Of a stretch of 64,000 bases of DNA, positions 40,228-49,930 are shown one piece after another. The position numbers were made by a program, and so were the translations under genes. A model generated the notes under the pieces. That model ran no database searches. It was not told where the DNA came from and saw only the letters and a list, made by a program, of their open reading frames with translations. The DNA is from Candidatus Latescibacterota bacterium (GTDB lineage Bacteria > Latescibacterota > UBA2968 > GCA-2709665), in NCBI GenBank assembly GCA_965219455.1, contig OZ244744.1, positions 2,496,001-2,560,000 on the forward strand, in the 5' to 3' direction. Position 1 is the stretch's first letter. Every line of letters begins with the position of its first letter.

Positions 40228-40965
40228 GTGAGTCAATTGGAATGGTTTGAAGACGAGTCCTTCTGGATTGCAATTTATCCGTTTCTTTTTGACGAGGCAA
40301 GATTTGAGGCTGCCGAGAAGCACCTTGACGACATCCTCAATCTGGTCGGTATGGACTCAGGGTCGGTCCTCGACCTGTGTTGCGGCCCCGGCCGCTTTGC
40401 GATCCCCCTGGCGCAGCGTGGGTTTCGGGTCACGGCGGTGGACAGGAGCCCGTTTCTGCTCGGCGACGGGCAGGAGAGGGCGGCGCAAAGGAATCCGGAC
40501 ATAGAATGGGTCGAGAAAGACATGCGTGAGTTTGAGCGCCCCGAAGCCTTCGACCTTGTCCTCAACCTCAACACCTCCTTTGGCTACTTTAATGATAAGG
40601 ACGAGGACGTCAGGGTGTTGAGGAGGATTTTTGGCAGTCTGAAGCCGGGTGGACGTCTCGTGTTGGATCTCCTGGGCAAAGAGAAGATGGCGAGGATCTT
40701 CCAGCCTACGACATCAGAGAAGCTTGAAGACGGTACCCTGTTGGTGATGCGCCACGAGATCTTCGACGAATGGTCCCGCATCAGGAATGAATGGATCATC
40801 ATCAAAGGTCCGGAGGTCCGCACCTTCGAGTTTCACCACACCGTTTATTCCGGCCAGGAACTGAAGGACAGACTGCTTGCCGTTGGATTTGGCGATGTGA
40901 AACTCTACGGGAGTTTCGAGGGTGAGGAATACGGCAGGGAATCCAATCGTCTAGTCCTAAAATAA
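40228..40965 (+). CDS. Class I SAM-dependent methyltransferase with its C-terminus cut by IS1380
   Basis: VLDLCCGPGR, VTAVDRS, DMR, LKPGG; the original tail VAVAGKPELTAD* lies at 42842-42880. Confidence 0.88.
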   Translation: MSQLEWFEDESFWIAIYPFLFDEARFEAAEKHLDDILNLVGMDSGSVLDLCCGPGRFAIPLAQRGFRVTAVDRSPFLLGDGQERAAQRNPDIEWVEKDMREFERPEAFDLVLNLNTSFGYFNDKDEDVRVLRRIFGSLKPGGRLVLDLLGKEKMARIFQPTTSEKLEDGTLLVMRHEIFDEWSRIRNEWIIIKGPEVRTFEFHHTVYSGQELKDRLLAVGFGDVKLYGSFEGEEYGRESNRLVLK

Positions 40966-42837
40966 GCGAGTATCGTGTGCGCCACAGTGATTTGTGTTTG
41001 TGTTGAGGCGTTGGTGTCGATTTATATGGAATTGGCGTTTTGGATGGTTTTTAGGGCCGTGTTTGTCGTGGTCGCTATGGTAAATTGAGTATCCGAAGTG
41101 GCGTTGAGACGCGTGGTGGACACACCGGTCCGTTGAGGGGTGTGGGGATGGCGCCGCGTTTGTGTGTCATCGGTGGTGCTGCATTGGTGTTATCCAAATC
41201 CGGTGCGTTCAATGATACGCCAGGTGCTGAAGAGGCGATCGAGGGTGGGTTGATAGCCGATGAGCCGTAACGTGGTGGTGCGCGCGCGTTGGATGACGTG
41301 GCAGGGAATCAAGATAATGCTGTGGATGAAGCGCCGGAATTCCATGCAGACGTACTGCTGTCGATCACGGTGTCTGTGCATCATCATGGCAAACCAGGAT
41401 TTGAGGTTCCAGGCCAGGGCGGCGATGACCATATAGGCCCAGTTGCTGACCAGGTCATACAGGGGCACGCGCAAGGCGTTGACGCCGTTTTTGAGTTGCT
41501 CGATGACGTTCTCCTGATCGCAGCGTTGGTTGGCGCAGGCGACGATCTCTTGGGGGGTCACGTCCGTGCGTGTCGTGATATAGAAGAAATAACGGCATTC
41601 GTCGAACAGGACAAGGTCGCCCTTCATTTTGCTGATGTTCTTGCGCAGGACCACGACGCGATACCCACGTTTACAGCGCGTGGGTTGGTAGTTGAACTCG
41701 GCCACGTGTTCGTGGTTCAGCACCAGGTTGGCGTAGGCCCGCTTGTGGACGATGCGCTGTTTCTCGTGGGGCTGATTGCGCTTCCGCTTCTGGTCGGTCA
41801 CGGTGTGATAACGGGGTTTGCGTTGCAGGGGCTGCCATTGTGCCTCGTCGAGGGCCTCGGCACGGGAACGCATCGCCGCGTTGGCGTCCATCCCGAAGAT
41901 GAAGTCGACGCTTTTGGCCCAGCGATCAAGATGTCGAGTCAAGAAAAAGTCGGTGTCGCCACGCACACAGATGCGCTTGGCGTGGGGCTGCACCAGGTCG
42001 ATGGCCGCGTCGATCCACTGTGCCGCACCGGTGTGGCTGGGCACATTCCCCGGTCGGTTGACCAGGAAGAGCACTTCCTTCGTGTTGGAAAGTGAGATCA
42101 CCAGCGGATGGTAGCCCCAGATGCCCTGGTAAGAGATGTCCATACCCCTCTTGCGCTTGCCATACGTGGGCACGTTTGTGCCGTCCACATCGATATAGGT
42201 GATGTCACCAAGCAATTTGCGGCCACGCGATGCCCACAAGGAGGATCGCACCGCGTTGATGCACGCCATCAGTTCGACGATGTCCCGTTCCGAGAAGCGT
42301 CGGCAAAAGTCACCCGCCGTGGTCGGATCGGGAATCAACTTGGCGCCCAGGGCATTCATGTAGGCCCCGTCACTTCGCAAACGCTCGATATCCTCCAGGC
42401 GCGTGCCGCCGCATAACACGTTGTATGTGATGTTTAGTACGTGGTCCGACTCATGATAGGGCAGATGCACCTTCAACAAGGACAGTGACGCGTCGATGCG
42501 CTTGGGCAGACCCAGCTTGGTGACCAGGCGATGCACGGCGCCGATGCCTCCGTAACTCATCGCGTCGGTGTAGGCGCCTACCTCGTAGTGCACTTTGCCA
42601 GGACTGAACATGGGCCGGCGCTGGGCCTGCCAATGCCCCGCTCGACCGTGGCGGGCGGCCACTTTGCGTTTGCGACGAGCACGATTCCTGCGGCTGTCAT
42701 CAACCGATATTCTTTTCACCGGAAAGGTCTCCTGCGTTGGAGTGATGATTTCTAGCACAATCCATCTATCTCCAACAACGGTAGGCCTTTCCGGTCTCTT
42801 GGACCAGAAAAATTTCACTGGTCACGCTTGTTTAAGG
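40956..42837 (-). mobile_element. IS1380-family insertion sequence, about 1.88 kb
   Basis: Terminal IRs cctaaaataagcg and cgcttgtttaagg (11/13 match); direct repeat TCTAGT at 40950-40955 and 42838-42843. Confidence 0.9.
41190..42719 (-). CDS. IS1380-family DDE transposase
   Basis: PDPTTAGDFCRRF, IDVDGT, YHPL, RPGN, VRGD, QRCDQENVIEQLKNG; GTG start with AGGAG RBS. Confidence 0.92.
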   Translation of the reverse strand: MKRISVDDSRRNRARRKRKVAARHGRAGHWQAQRRPMFSPGKVHYEVGAYTDAMSYGGIGAVHRLVTKLGLPKRIDASLSLLKVHLPYHESDHVLNITYNVLCGGTRLEDIERLRSDGAYMNALGAKLIPDPTTAGDFCRRFSERDIVELMACINAVRSSLWASRGRKLLGDITYIDVDGTNVPTYGKRKRGMDISYQGIWGYHPLVISLSNTKEVLFLVNRPGNVPSHTGAAQWIDAAIDLVQPHAKRICVRGDTDFFLTRHLDRWAKSVDFIFGMDANAAMRSRAEALDEAQWQPLQRKPRYHTVTDQKRKRNQPHEKQRIVHKRAYANLVLNHEHVAEFNYQPTRCKRGYRVVVLRKNISKMKGDLVLFDECRYFFYITTRTDVTPQEIVACANQRCDQENVIEQLKNGVNALRVPLYDLVSNWAYMVIAALAWNLKSWFAMMMHRHRDRQQYVCMEFRRFIHSIILIPCHVIQRARTTTLRLIGYQPTLDRLFSTWRIIERTGFG

Positions 42838-42950
42838 TCTAGTGGCGGTCGCTGGAAAACCCGAACTTACAGCTGACTGATCATGCGGCAGAACGAGCTA
42901 CGTCCTGTTGACCGCGCAACGCCTTTTCATTTACGGAGACCAGAATAAGC

Positions 42951-43030
42951 GAGTAACCCGACGTGCTGCGGCTTCGGGCAGACCCCCTTCGCGCATCTGC
43001 ATTCGCGACTGGGGCGCGGAAAGAACTCAG
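42951..43030 (+). other. Degenerate attC-like site related to 50592-50677
   Basis: Shares taac.cgac.gtg, ttcgg..cagacc, cccttcgcgca and cgga..gaac with the 50592 site; no intact GTT. Confidence 0.35.
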
Positions 43031-43054
43031 ACCGAATGGCAAGTGGAAAGTCAC

Positions 43055-43480
43055 ATGAACGCCCACGACGCGATGTCGATTCGATACCAGAGTACCCTTG
43101 AGGGAATCCGTGCCGATAATCTTGGGAGATTCTTCGAGGGTTGGCCTGATCCTCCGTCCCCGGAAGCGCAGCTTAGAATAATACAGGGCAGCGATTTCTT
43201 CGTTCTGGCTATTTCGCCGGAAGGACAGGTCGTCGGCTGGATTTCCGCCATCTCGGACGGTGTGTCCTGTGCATATATTCCTCACCTCGGTGTATTGCCC
43301 GACTACCAGGGTATGGGCATTGGGGCTGAGCTCGTCAGAAAGATGCTCAAAAAGGTTGGACATCTCTACATGATTGACCTCGTGTGCGACCGGGATGTGG
43401 CTGATTTCTACGTCAAACAAGGTTTCTCGGAGTGCGTGGGAATGGTTGTTCGGAATTTCGAGAGACAGAACTGCGAATAG
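43055..43480 (+). CDS. GNAT N-acetyltransferase
   Basis: VVGWISAISDG..AYIPHLGVLPDYQGMGIGAELV, FYVKQGF. Confidence 0.9.
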   Translation: MNAHDAMSIRYQSTLEGIRADNLGRFFEGWPDPPSPEAQLRIIQGSDFFVLAISPEGQVVGWISAISDGVSCAYIPHLGVLPDYQGMGIGAELVRKMLKKVGHLYMIDLVCDRDVADFYVKQGFSECVGMVVRNFERQNCE

Positions 43481-43487
43481 GGTCGAG

Positions 43488-44207
43488 ATGATTCCTCATT
43501 CCAACGATGAGATATCCGAAGAAACGGCCAGATACTATGCGGCGCGTGCTCCGGAATACGATCTTAGCGCGGGGTATCTGACTCTCGACGCAGACCCTGT
43601 CCGCGTAGCGAAAAAGAAAAGATATCAGCAGCTTTTTCGGGGGCGCGACGTACTCGAGCTTGCGTGCGGAACCGGATACTGGACGGCGGTCCTCGCAGAA
43701 ACTGCAAAGTCGGTTGTCGGAATCGACGTCAACCCGGAGATGATCTCCCGGGCTCAATCGAGGTGTAATCATTTACCGCATGTGAAATTCCGTCTGGCAG
43801 ACGCGTATTCCCTCGGCCCGGAGGCAGGCACTTACACGGCAGCGTTCGCCGTCTGGTGGTGGTCGCACATTCCCGGGTTCCGCGTTCGGGAGTTTCTGCA
43901 ATCGCTTCACCGCAGGCTGATTCCCGGTGCGCTCGTGCTGTTTTCTGACCAGCTCGAATACGACGTTCCCAGAGTTGACGGAATGGCCACGCAACGGCGC
44001 GAGGATTCCAACGGCGATACCATCGAGCGGCGTGTTCTCTCGGATGGGCGGGAGTACGATATCGTGAAGAATTTCCCGACCGAACAGGAACTTTCTGCAG
44101 CCGTCAATGGATTTGGAACGGGCATCGAGTACAGGGAGTGGCCCGGCGAGAAACATTGGGAGCTGACGTACAAGTCTGGCAAAACGCAAGATAGGGCAAA
44201 ACCCTGA
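43488..44207 (+). CDS. Class I SAM-dependent methyltransferase
   Basis: YYAARAPEYD, VLELACGTGYWT, GIDVNPEM, WWSHIP. Confidence 0.9.
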   Translation: MIPHSNDEISEETARYYAARAPEYDLSAGYLTLDADPVRVAKKKRYQQLFRGRDVLELACGTGYWTAVLAETAKSVVGIDVNPEMISRAQSRCNHLPHVKFRLADAYSLGPEAGTYTAAFAVWWWSHIPGFRVREFLQSLHRRLIPGALVLFSDQLEYDVPRVDGMATQRREDSNGDTIERRVLSDGREYDIVKNFPTEQELSAAVNGFGTGIEYREWPGEKHWELTYKSGKTQDRAKP

Positions 44208-44485
44208 ATAGCATCAACCAACTCCTCGAGTATTACGAGATCGCATTCTCTTTCCGCGATATTCCGCGGGAGGTAGACGTTCTGGAGGAGGCCGCCCGTC
44301 GCTTTGCAGAGATCCCTGTCAAGACCTTTCTCGAGATCGGATGCGGCAACAGCCCCCACATGGAAGAGCTGGCAGGCAGAGGCTACGATTTCATAGGAAT
44401 CGACACAAGTGACGAAATGCTCACGTACTCGAAGGAGAAAGCCAGGAAACGGGGAGCTCACGCGCGGTTTGTGAAGGCGATCATG
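44204..44485 (+). pseudogene. N-terminal remnant of another SAM methyltransferase, in frame with the next gene
   Basis: YYEIAFSFRD...FLEIGCGNSPHMEELAGRGYDFIGIDTSDEML; no proper start codon; C-terminal half absent. Confidence 0.7.
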
Positions 44486-44548
44486 GAAGGCCGTTCTCTG
44501 CGGTCTCTGCAGCAAAAAAAGACGGTACGGATTTTGGAGGTCATCGCT

Positions 44549-46807
44549 ATGATCCAGCCAAGTCACGAGTGGGTACGGCGGGCGCGCACCTTTCAGATAG
44601 AGCAATACCACCCGCCCTTCTGGCCCGACATCGACTTTGACGCGAAGCAGCTCGTCGATGTCGTGCGGAAATACCACGCCAACGCTATCTGGTTCGGCAG
44701 CGCGGGTAAATGGGCGGTCTTCCCCAATGAGTTCTTTCCCCCGCACCCTCAATTAGGTGAGCGCGACCTGCTCGCCGAGACTATCGCCGAGGCCCATGCG
44801 CGGGAGGTGCGCGTCATCGGGTACATTCCCGTGGGGCACATTATTCCCGAAGATAACATGCTGATCCATCATCCGGAGTGGATGTACCGCCCCAGCCCCG
44901 AAGGCAACGCTCCTGCCCTGAGGCACCACGGCGGCGGATTTCACCGGCACGTCTGCTTTAACACACCGTACCGAGAGGCTATCTGCGCTTTCATCGCACA
45001 AGTGGTGGACCACAACGTCGACGCGATCTACACCGATTCTGCCTGTCCTTACCATTCGCACCACACCCCGCAGTCACCCTTGTGCTACTGCGACTATTGC
45101 CTCGAGAAGTTCGATAGGCAATTCGGCTGCCCAATGCCGTATGCACCCGATCCGCACAGCCTGCCTCGGGAAGACCAGGAGATGCTGGAAGAGTGGAGCC
45201 TGCAGTACGGCAGGATCGTCGGCGATGTCTTTCTCGAATTCGCCGCCGCGACGCGAAAGAAGAAGGACATCCCGGTGCTGACGCACGGCCTGGGTGTGGG
45301 CAACTGGCCCGAACGCAGGATCGTGGAGGTGCACAATGGATTTCTCTACGAGGCCGGAGGCGACTTCCTTCATCGGCTCGAAGCGGCCAGTCTGGCCGAG
45401 TCGTCGGGTTGGGCTATGTGGCAATACGTCGGCGCCTTGACGGGCTGGTCGCGGACGCAGTGCTTCGGCATGGAACTCGTCGAGGAAGCGGCAGCCAGCT
45501 TTGCTTCCGGAGGGGGCGTCCTGGTGGCGTGCGGCGTGAACCTTTGGCTGTCGCCTCCCCACAAAGCCAATCGTGAGCTGGTGGAGCTCCTTGAGATCCT
45601 GGAGACGAATGAATCACTCTTCGAAGATCTCCACCCGTCACCGTTTGTTGCTATTCCATTTGTTTTGCCAGTGCGGGTGTATGAGATGCTCGAGCGGGTG
45701 CGGTTCCGCGCCGAGCCCCTGGTGATGCGCGATCGTCCGCGCGATGTCATCGGCCAGTTCAAGCAGGACCTCGCCGACCGTCCGGGGGAACTCGAGGCCC
45801 CGCTCTCCGAGGCGGGCTATCTCGTGCGCACGCCCCCGCAGCAATCCTGCCGTCGCGGGGCTTTCTCGACCATGCTGGCCAACCATTTGCCGACATCGGT
45901 GATCGAGGAGCGGGTTCTCTCCGATCCAGCGGCGTTGGCAAAGTATCCTGTTCTGTTTCTGCCCAACGTCGGCCATCTCACGCGGGAGGAAGTCGAGGGC
46001 ATCACGGAATATGTGAAGGTGGGCGGGCGGCTCCTGGCAACGTACCGGACGAGCCTGTACGGTGCCGAGCCCGAGGAGATGCGCGATAACTTCGCCTTGG
46101 CGGACCTTCTGGGCGTGGACCGCGTGGACCCGAACCCCGACCAATTCGCTGATTACGAACAACACCTCTGGGCCGCGGGGACGTTCGACACGTACGGTCG
46201 CTGCGTTCCGGGTCAATGGCTGGCCGAGGGGTGCTCGCATGAGCTGTGGCCGCTCAATCGGTTCGAGTTCGTCCAAGCGCGGCCGGGAACCGACGTGGTG
46301 GCGAACATCGTCTTCGGCGGGCGCGAGGACGACGCTCTGTGTCCCGCCGTCACCTGCCGGACGGTTGGCAAGGGCCGCGTCGTCTATCTGGCCGCGCCGG
46401 TGGAGGAGCTTCATTTCGAATATCGCCTGCTGGTGGTCCGCGATCTTCTGGGCGCCGTGGTGGATTGGCTCTACCCGGAGGGCCGGCCTCTGATGACCGA
46501 TGGCCCGAACCAACTCGTGATGATTCCGAATGAGAAACCGGGAAGCCAAGTGTTGTTTCTGATCAATCACACCGGCGAGCGCGTCGAGCATCTGCCGGGG
46601 ATCTGGCCGCGCTTCAGCCCACAGTTTGACTATGTGACCACGATACCCGAAGTGAACCTGCGCTGGCAGCTCACGGAGCGGGGCACTCCTCGTCGCGTGT
46701 GGGACGTTTGCACGGGAGATGACCTGGAGGTCACGTTCGACGGAAACCACTTGGAAACCATATTAACGAACATTGGACAGTACGCGATGATTGCCGCTGA
46801 GTTCTGA
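44549..46807 (+). CDS. Glycoside hydrolase-like protein (GHL6/TIM barrel + beta-galactosidase trimerization-like domain)
   Basis: GGAGG RBS; HPQLGERDLLAETIAEAHAREVRV, HPEW, VCFNTPY, CYCDYC, LFLPNV..L..YVKVGGRLLATYRTSLY, GKGRVVY. Confidence 0.8.
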   Translation: MIQPSHEWVRRARTFQIEQYHPPFWPDIDFDAKQLVDVVRKYHANAIWFGSAGKWAVFPNEFFPPHPQLGERDLLAETIAEAHAREVRVIGYIPVGHIIPEDNMLIHHPEWMYRPSPEGNAPALRHHGGGFHRHVCFNTPYREAICAFIAQVVDHNVDAIYTDSACPYHSHHTPQSPLCYCDYCLEKFDRQFGCPMPYAPDPHSLPREDQEMLEEWSLQYGRIVGDVFLEFAAATRKKKDIPVLTHGLGVGNWPERRIVEVHNGFLYEAGGDFLHRLEAASLAESSGWAMWQYVGALTGWSRTQCFGMELVEEAAASFASGGGVLVACGVNLWLSPPHKANRELVELLEILETNESLFEDLHPSPFVAIPFVLPVRVYEMLERVRFRAEPLVMRDRPRDVIGQFKQDLADRPGELEAPLSEAGYLVRTPPQQSCRRGAFSTMLANHLPTSVIEERVLSDPAALAKYPVLFLPNVGHLTREEVEGITEYVKVGGRLLATYRTSLYGAEPEEMRDNFALADLLGVDRVDPNPDQFADYEQHLWAAGTFDTYGRCVPGQWLAEGCSHELWPLNRFEFVQARPGTDVVANIVFGGREDDALCPAVTCRTVGKGRVVYLAAPVEELHFEYRLLVVRDLLGAVVDWLYPEGRPLMTDGPNQLVMIPNEKPGSQVLFLINHTGERVEHLPGIWPRFSPQFDYVTTIPEVNLRWQLTERGTPRRVWDVCTGDDLEVTFDGNHLETILTNIGQYAMIAAEF

Positions 46808-46941
46808 TTGAATCATCGACCTTGCCAGGCTGTTATCCCAACGTCCTTCCCGGAAGCGGGATCGTAAGGCCTCACCACAGAGCCACAGAGGTCGAATCTT
46901 GGAGTAGAGGGGCAGTCGAATGTCTTCTCCGAAGCACCGGC

Positions 46942-47043
46942 TGCTAACAGGTCCACTTGCGCTTCGGTCGCTTACGCTCCCTTCGGCCTGACGGCAACCC
47001 GCCCAAGAGCGGGGCGGGTTCGCAAGTCGCCAGACCGTTATGG
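46942..47043 (+). other. attC-like integron recombination site
   Basis: TGCTAAC-N6-ACTTGCG...CGCAAGT-N9-GTTATGG with an internal hairpin aacccgccc/ggggcgggtt. Confidence 0.55.
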
Positions 47044-47234
47044 GCCATGCCAGCCTTCCTCCAAAAGCAGGCGGCCGTCCTGGCCGCCCAAGAGAATCTC
47101 ACTACGTTCTTCAGTAGCGGAAATTTCGCTTGAAGAACTTGATTAAGATATGTAGATTTATAGCAGGTCAATAGGTGACCAATCGCAGCAGGATTGAACC
47201 GTCTTTACCATATTAAAAACAATTATGATATATA

Positions 47235-47720
47235 ATGATCCCTAAGGTCTACATCGAGACATCTATTCCCAGTTTCTATTACGAAACACGTACAGAACCC
47301 GAGATGGCTGCAAAGCGGACTTGGACACGCCAATGGTGGGACGAACGGCGTTAGGGTTATGAGATTTTCACCAGTGAAGCGGTTATCGATGAACTCAGTG
47401 TAGGAGAGTATCCTAACAAGGACCGAGTATTGGCCCTGGTTGCTCCTTTGCCACTGCTGCCAATTGAACCAGAAATCGCTGAGATTGTAGAAGCATATAT
47501 CCAACACCAGATGATGCCTAATGATCCCCTGGGCGATGCACTCCATCTTGCTACAGCCTCTTATCATAAGTGTGAATTTTTGCTCACATGGAATTGCAAT
47601 CATCTGGCTAACGCGAATAAGTTTGCCCACATCAAGCGAGTCAACACTATTCTTGGCTTATATGTGCCCACGTTGGTGACTCCGCTGGAACTCCTGGGGG
47701 GTATTGAAGATGAAAGATGA
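47235..47720 (+). pseudogene. vapC: PIN-domain (VapC-like) toxin with in-frame TAG at 47352
   Basis: KVYIETSIPS, SEAVIDEL, DALHLATASYHKCEFLLTWNCNHLAN, VTPLELL. Confidence 0.85.
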
Positions 47721-47880
47721 TCCGACCATTCGTAGGATTCGTGAAGTGCGTCATAGGATTTCGGAGCAATGTGATCACGACCCAAAGAAATTGGTGGCGT
47801 ATTACATAAGACGCCAGAAAGAGCATCCTGAAAAGCTGGTGCGGAAAAGTAGAGAAGAATCGGTGAAACAGGAGACATAA
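47710..47880 (+). CDS. Small putative antitoxin partner of the PIN toxin (56 aa)
   Basis: MKDDPTIRRIREVRHRISEQCDHDPKKLVAYY; overlaps the PIN stop codon. Confidence 0.65.
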   Translation: MKDDPTIRRIREVRHRISEQCDHDPKKLVAYYIRRQKEHPEKLVRKSREESVKQET

Positions 47881-48044
47881 TCCCTCGTTCTTCTTTCAAG
47901 ATTTCCGCTGAATAATTCATTTAGCGGGAATTCTGTTTCAGCGACAAAGCGGGCTTACCGAACCATTTCGTTCCGATGATTGTCACATCCCACTAACAAA
48001 CTCAAATCGCAAATGCGACGATCTGTGAGAGAAAGGGTTGCCTC

Positions 48045-48101
48045 ATGACCGAAACGGAAAAATACCTCTTCGATGTCCACGGAGCGGGTCCATGGCGCTG
48101 A
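48045..48101 (+). pseudogene. Short remnant of a PhyH gene start
   Basis: MTETEKYLFDVHG, compared with MTDDEKYLFDLNG at 29546; RBS-like gaaaggg upstream. Confidence 0.55.
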
Positions 48102-49624
48102 TGACCGAGGAGCAGAGGTGGGCCTTCGAGCTCGACGGCTATATCCTCCTCCCGAGCCTGCTCGGCGCGCCGGCAGCGGCGCACGCCACACCCGCCGCTC
48201 TGGCTGAGCATCCGGACTTGCTGGCTGCGATTGATCAGCTAGCTGGCGGGGAGTTACCACTGTGGCACCGCGCTGCGTACGACGGTACTGAAGGGAAGGA
48301 ACAGGAGTTCCACACGATCAAGTTTGAGCTGGACCGGCCGTCGCGCCGCCTGACCAAAGAGGGGCAGTGGGCCAATGATCTGACGGTGGATGAGCAGCGC
48401 CGGCTGGGCTACGACACGACCAGCCGGCCCGACCGGGTGTGCGTCTGGGGGCTGCGCGCGCTGTGGGCCGTGGGCGACAGCTGCGTGGTGGTGTGCCCCG
48501 CGTCGCACAAAGCCAACGTCCAGCCGCCCCCGAGCATGGCGCGCGCCGAGGAGCTCGGGGCGACGGAGCGCGTGCAGCTCCGCGCTGGCGACTGTCTGCT
48601 CGCGGTTGCCACCACGCTGGTCGGCGCCGCCCCAGGCTCCTCGCTGCAGGAGTGCATCTTTTGCGACGACTCCCGCTACCCTGGGGGGGCCTTCGGCCAC
48701 GGCGCGACGGGTGTGGACAGCTGGCTGGATGAGCTCACGCCGGCGCGCCGAGCGCTGGTGGCCGGCCCACCACGCGGCCTCGGCCACGACGGCCAGCCCC
48801 TCAGCAACGAGCAGCAGCTGGCGCCGTCGCTGCTGGACGTCAACACGCGGCCTGACGCTCCGAACCACGAGGAGGTCTGGTTCTGGGACCTAAGAGGCTA
48901 CCTGGTGCTGCCTGGCGTGATGGACCGCGAGTGGTTAGCGCAGTGCAATGCAGCGCTCGACTCGCCCTTCGCCGAAGCCAACCGTCGGCCGGTGGGCTTT
49001 TCGAGCAGTGTCGTGGGCGAGTACCCGGACTACGAGGGCTGTTCGCAGACTATTGCCCCGGCCCCGGGCACGCGCTGCACCGAAGAGCGCGTCTCGCAGA
49101 CCTGGACCCATCCCCCACCCTTCAGCGACGGCTTTCGACGCATGATCGACAATCCGCTCGTGAACGCGCGGCTGAAGTGGATGATCGACCCGGGCTTCGT
49201 CATGACGACGTGCTACACCATCGTCAGCCGCGACGGGGCGGCCGGCCAGCCCCTGCATGGCGGCTGGTTTTACGGCGCCGGCCATATCTATCATTTCCGG
49301 GACGGACAGCCTCGTACGGAGCAGGTGAACATCGGCTGGCTGCTCCAAGACGTCGAGACGGCGACGGGCGACGGCGGACTGATGTTAGTCCCCGGAAGCC
49401 ACAAAGCGCGGCTACCGCTGCCGCGCCCGAAGCAAACCAGCTGCGACCTGCCGCAGGTCAAGCATATGCAGGGGGTTGCCGGGACGGTGATCATGTACAC
49501 GGGCACGACGACGCACGGCGTGCGCAGCTGGCGCAACCCCAATCGCGAGCGGCGCTTCGTCAACACCAAAGCGGGACCTAATATACGGCGGCCGGAGCCC
49601 GAGGCGGCGCAACCGAGCCCCTGA
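48092..49624 (+). CDS. Tandem two-domain PhyH-family protein (first domain degenerate)
   Basis: AFELDGYILL...CPASHKAN..AGD in domain 1; FWDLRGYLVL...LHGG..VPGSHK..AGT..HGV in domain 2. Confidence 0.8.
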   Translation: MALMTEEQRWAFELDGYILLPSLLGAPAAAHATPAALAEHPDLLAAIDQLAGGELPLWHRAAYDGTEGKEQEFHTIKFELDRPSRRLTKEGQWANDLTVDEQRRLGYDTTSRPDRVCVWGLRALWAVGDSCVVVCPASHKANVQPPPSMARAEELGATERVQLRAGDCLLAVATTLVGAAPGSSLQECIFCDDSRYPGGAFGHGATGVDSWLDELTPARRALVAGPPRGLGHDGQPLSNEQQLAPSLLDVNTRPDAPNHEEVWFWDLRGYLVLPGVMDREWLAQCNAALDSPFAEANRRPVGFSSSVVGEYPDYEGCSQTIAPAPGTRCTEERVSQTWTHPPPFSDGFRRMIDNPLVNARLKWMIDPGFVMTTCYTIVSRDGAAGQPLHGGWFYGAGHIYHFRDGQPRTEQVNIGWLLQDVETATGDGGLMLVPGSHKARLPLPRPKQTSCDLPQVKHMQGVAGTVIMYTGTTTHGVRSWRNPNRERRFVNTKAGPNIRRPEPEAAQPSP

Positions 49625-49782
49625 TGACCTTTGGCGATCTATATCGCGAGAAAAGTATAGGAAATTCAAAAGCGTCGGGCTGCCCACCCAGTCGCCCCCG
49701 CTGACGCCCTGGCAAAAGGATTACCGACGGCCTTATTCATCCACTCAAGAAAACGGTAAGCACCAAGTCTATAATCTACTAC

Positions 49783-49873
49783 CGATAACACCCCATTTAC
49801 GGTGCGGGGCATACGCCCCTTGGCCATCCGGCACCCCGCATACGCGGGGTCGTAAATAGTGAGCACGTTACAC
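49783..49873 (+). other. attC-like integron recombination site
   Basis: CGATAAC-N5-ATTTACG...CGTAAAT-N9-GTTACAC with internal hairpins ggggc/gcccc and accccgc/gcggggt. Confidence 0.6.
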
Positions 49874-49930
49874 GCCAGCAGAACCCGACATCACCACCTG
49901 ACCCTTGGTAGACACTCAAGGACACGGTCA

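Noticed and set aside
33855-47354. Alternative genetic code to explain the in-frame stops
   Set aside because: All three stop types (TAA, TGA, TAG) occur once each internally and all also end normal genes; pseudogenisation is simpler
47990-48043. Further attC candidate (cactaac...gggttgcc)
   Set aside because: Arms pair poorly and spacing does not match the other sites
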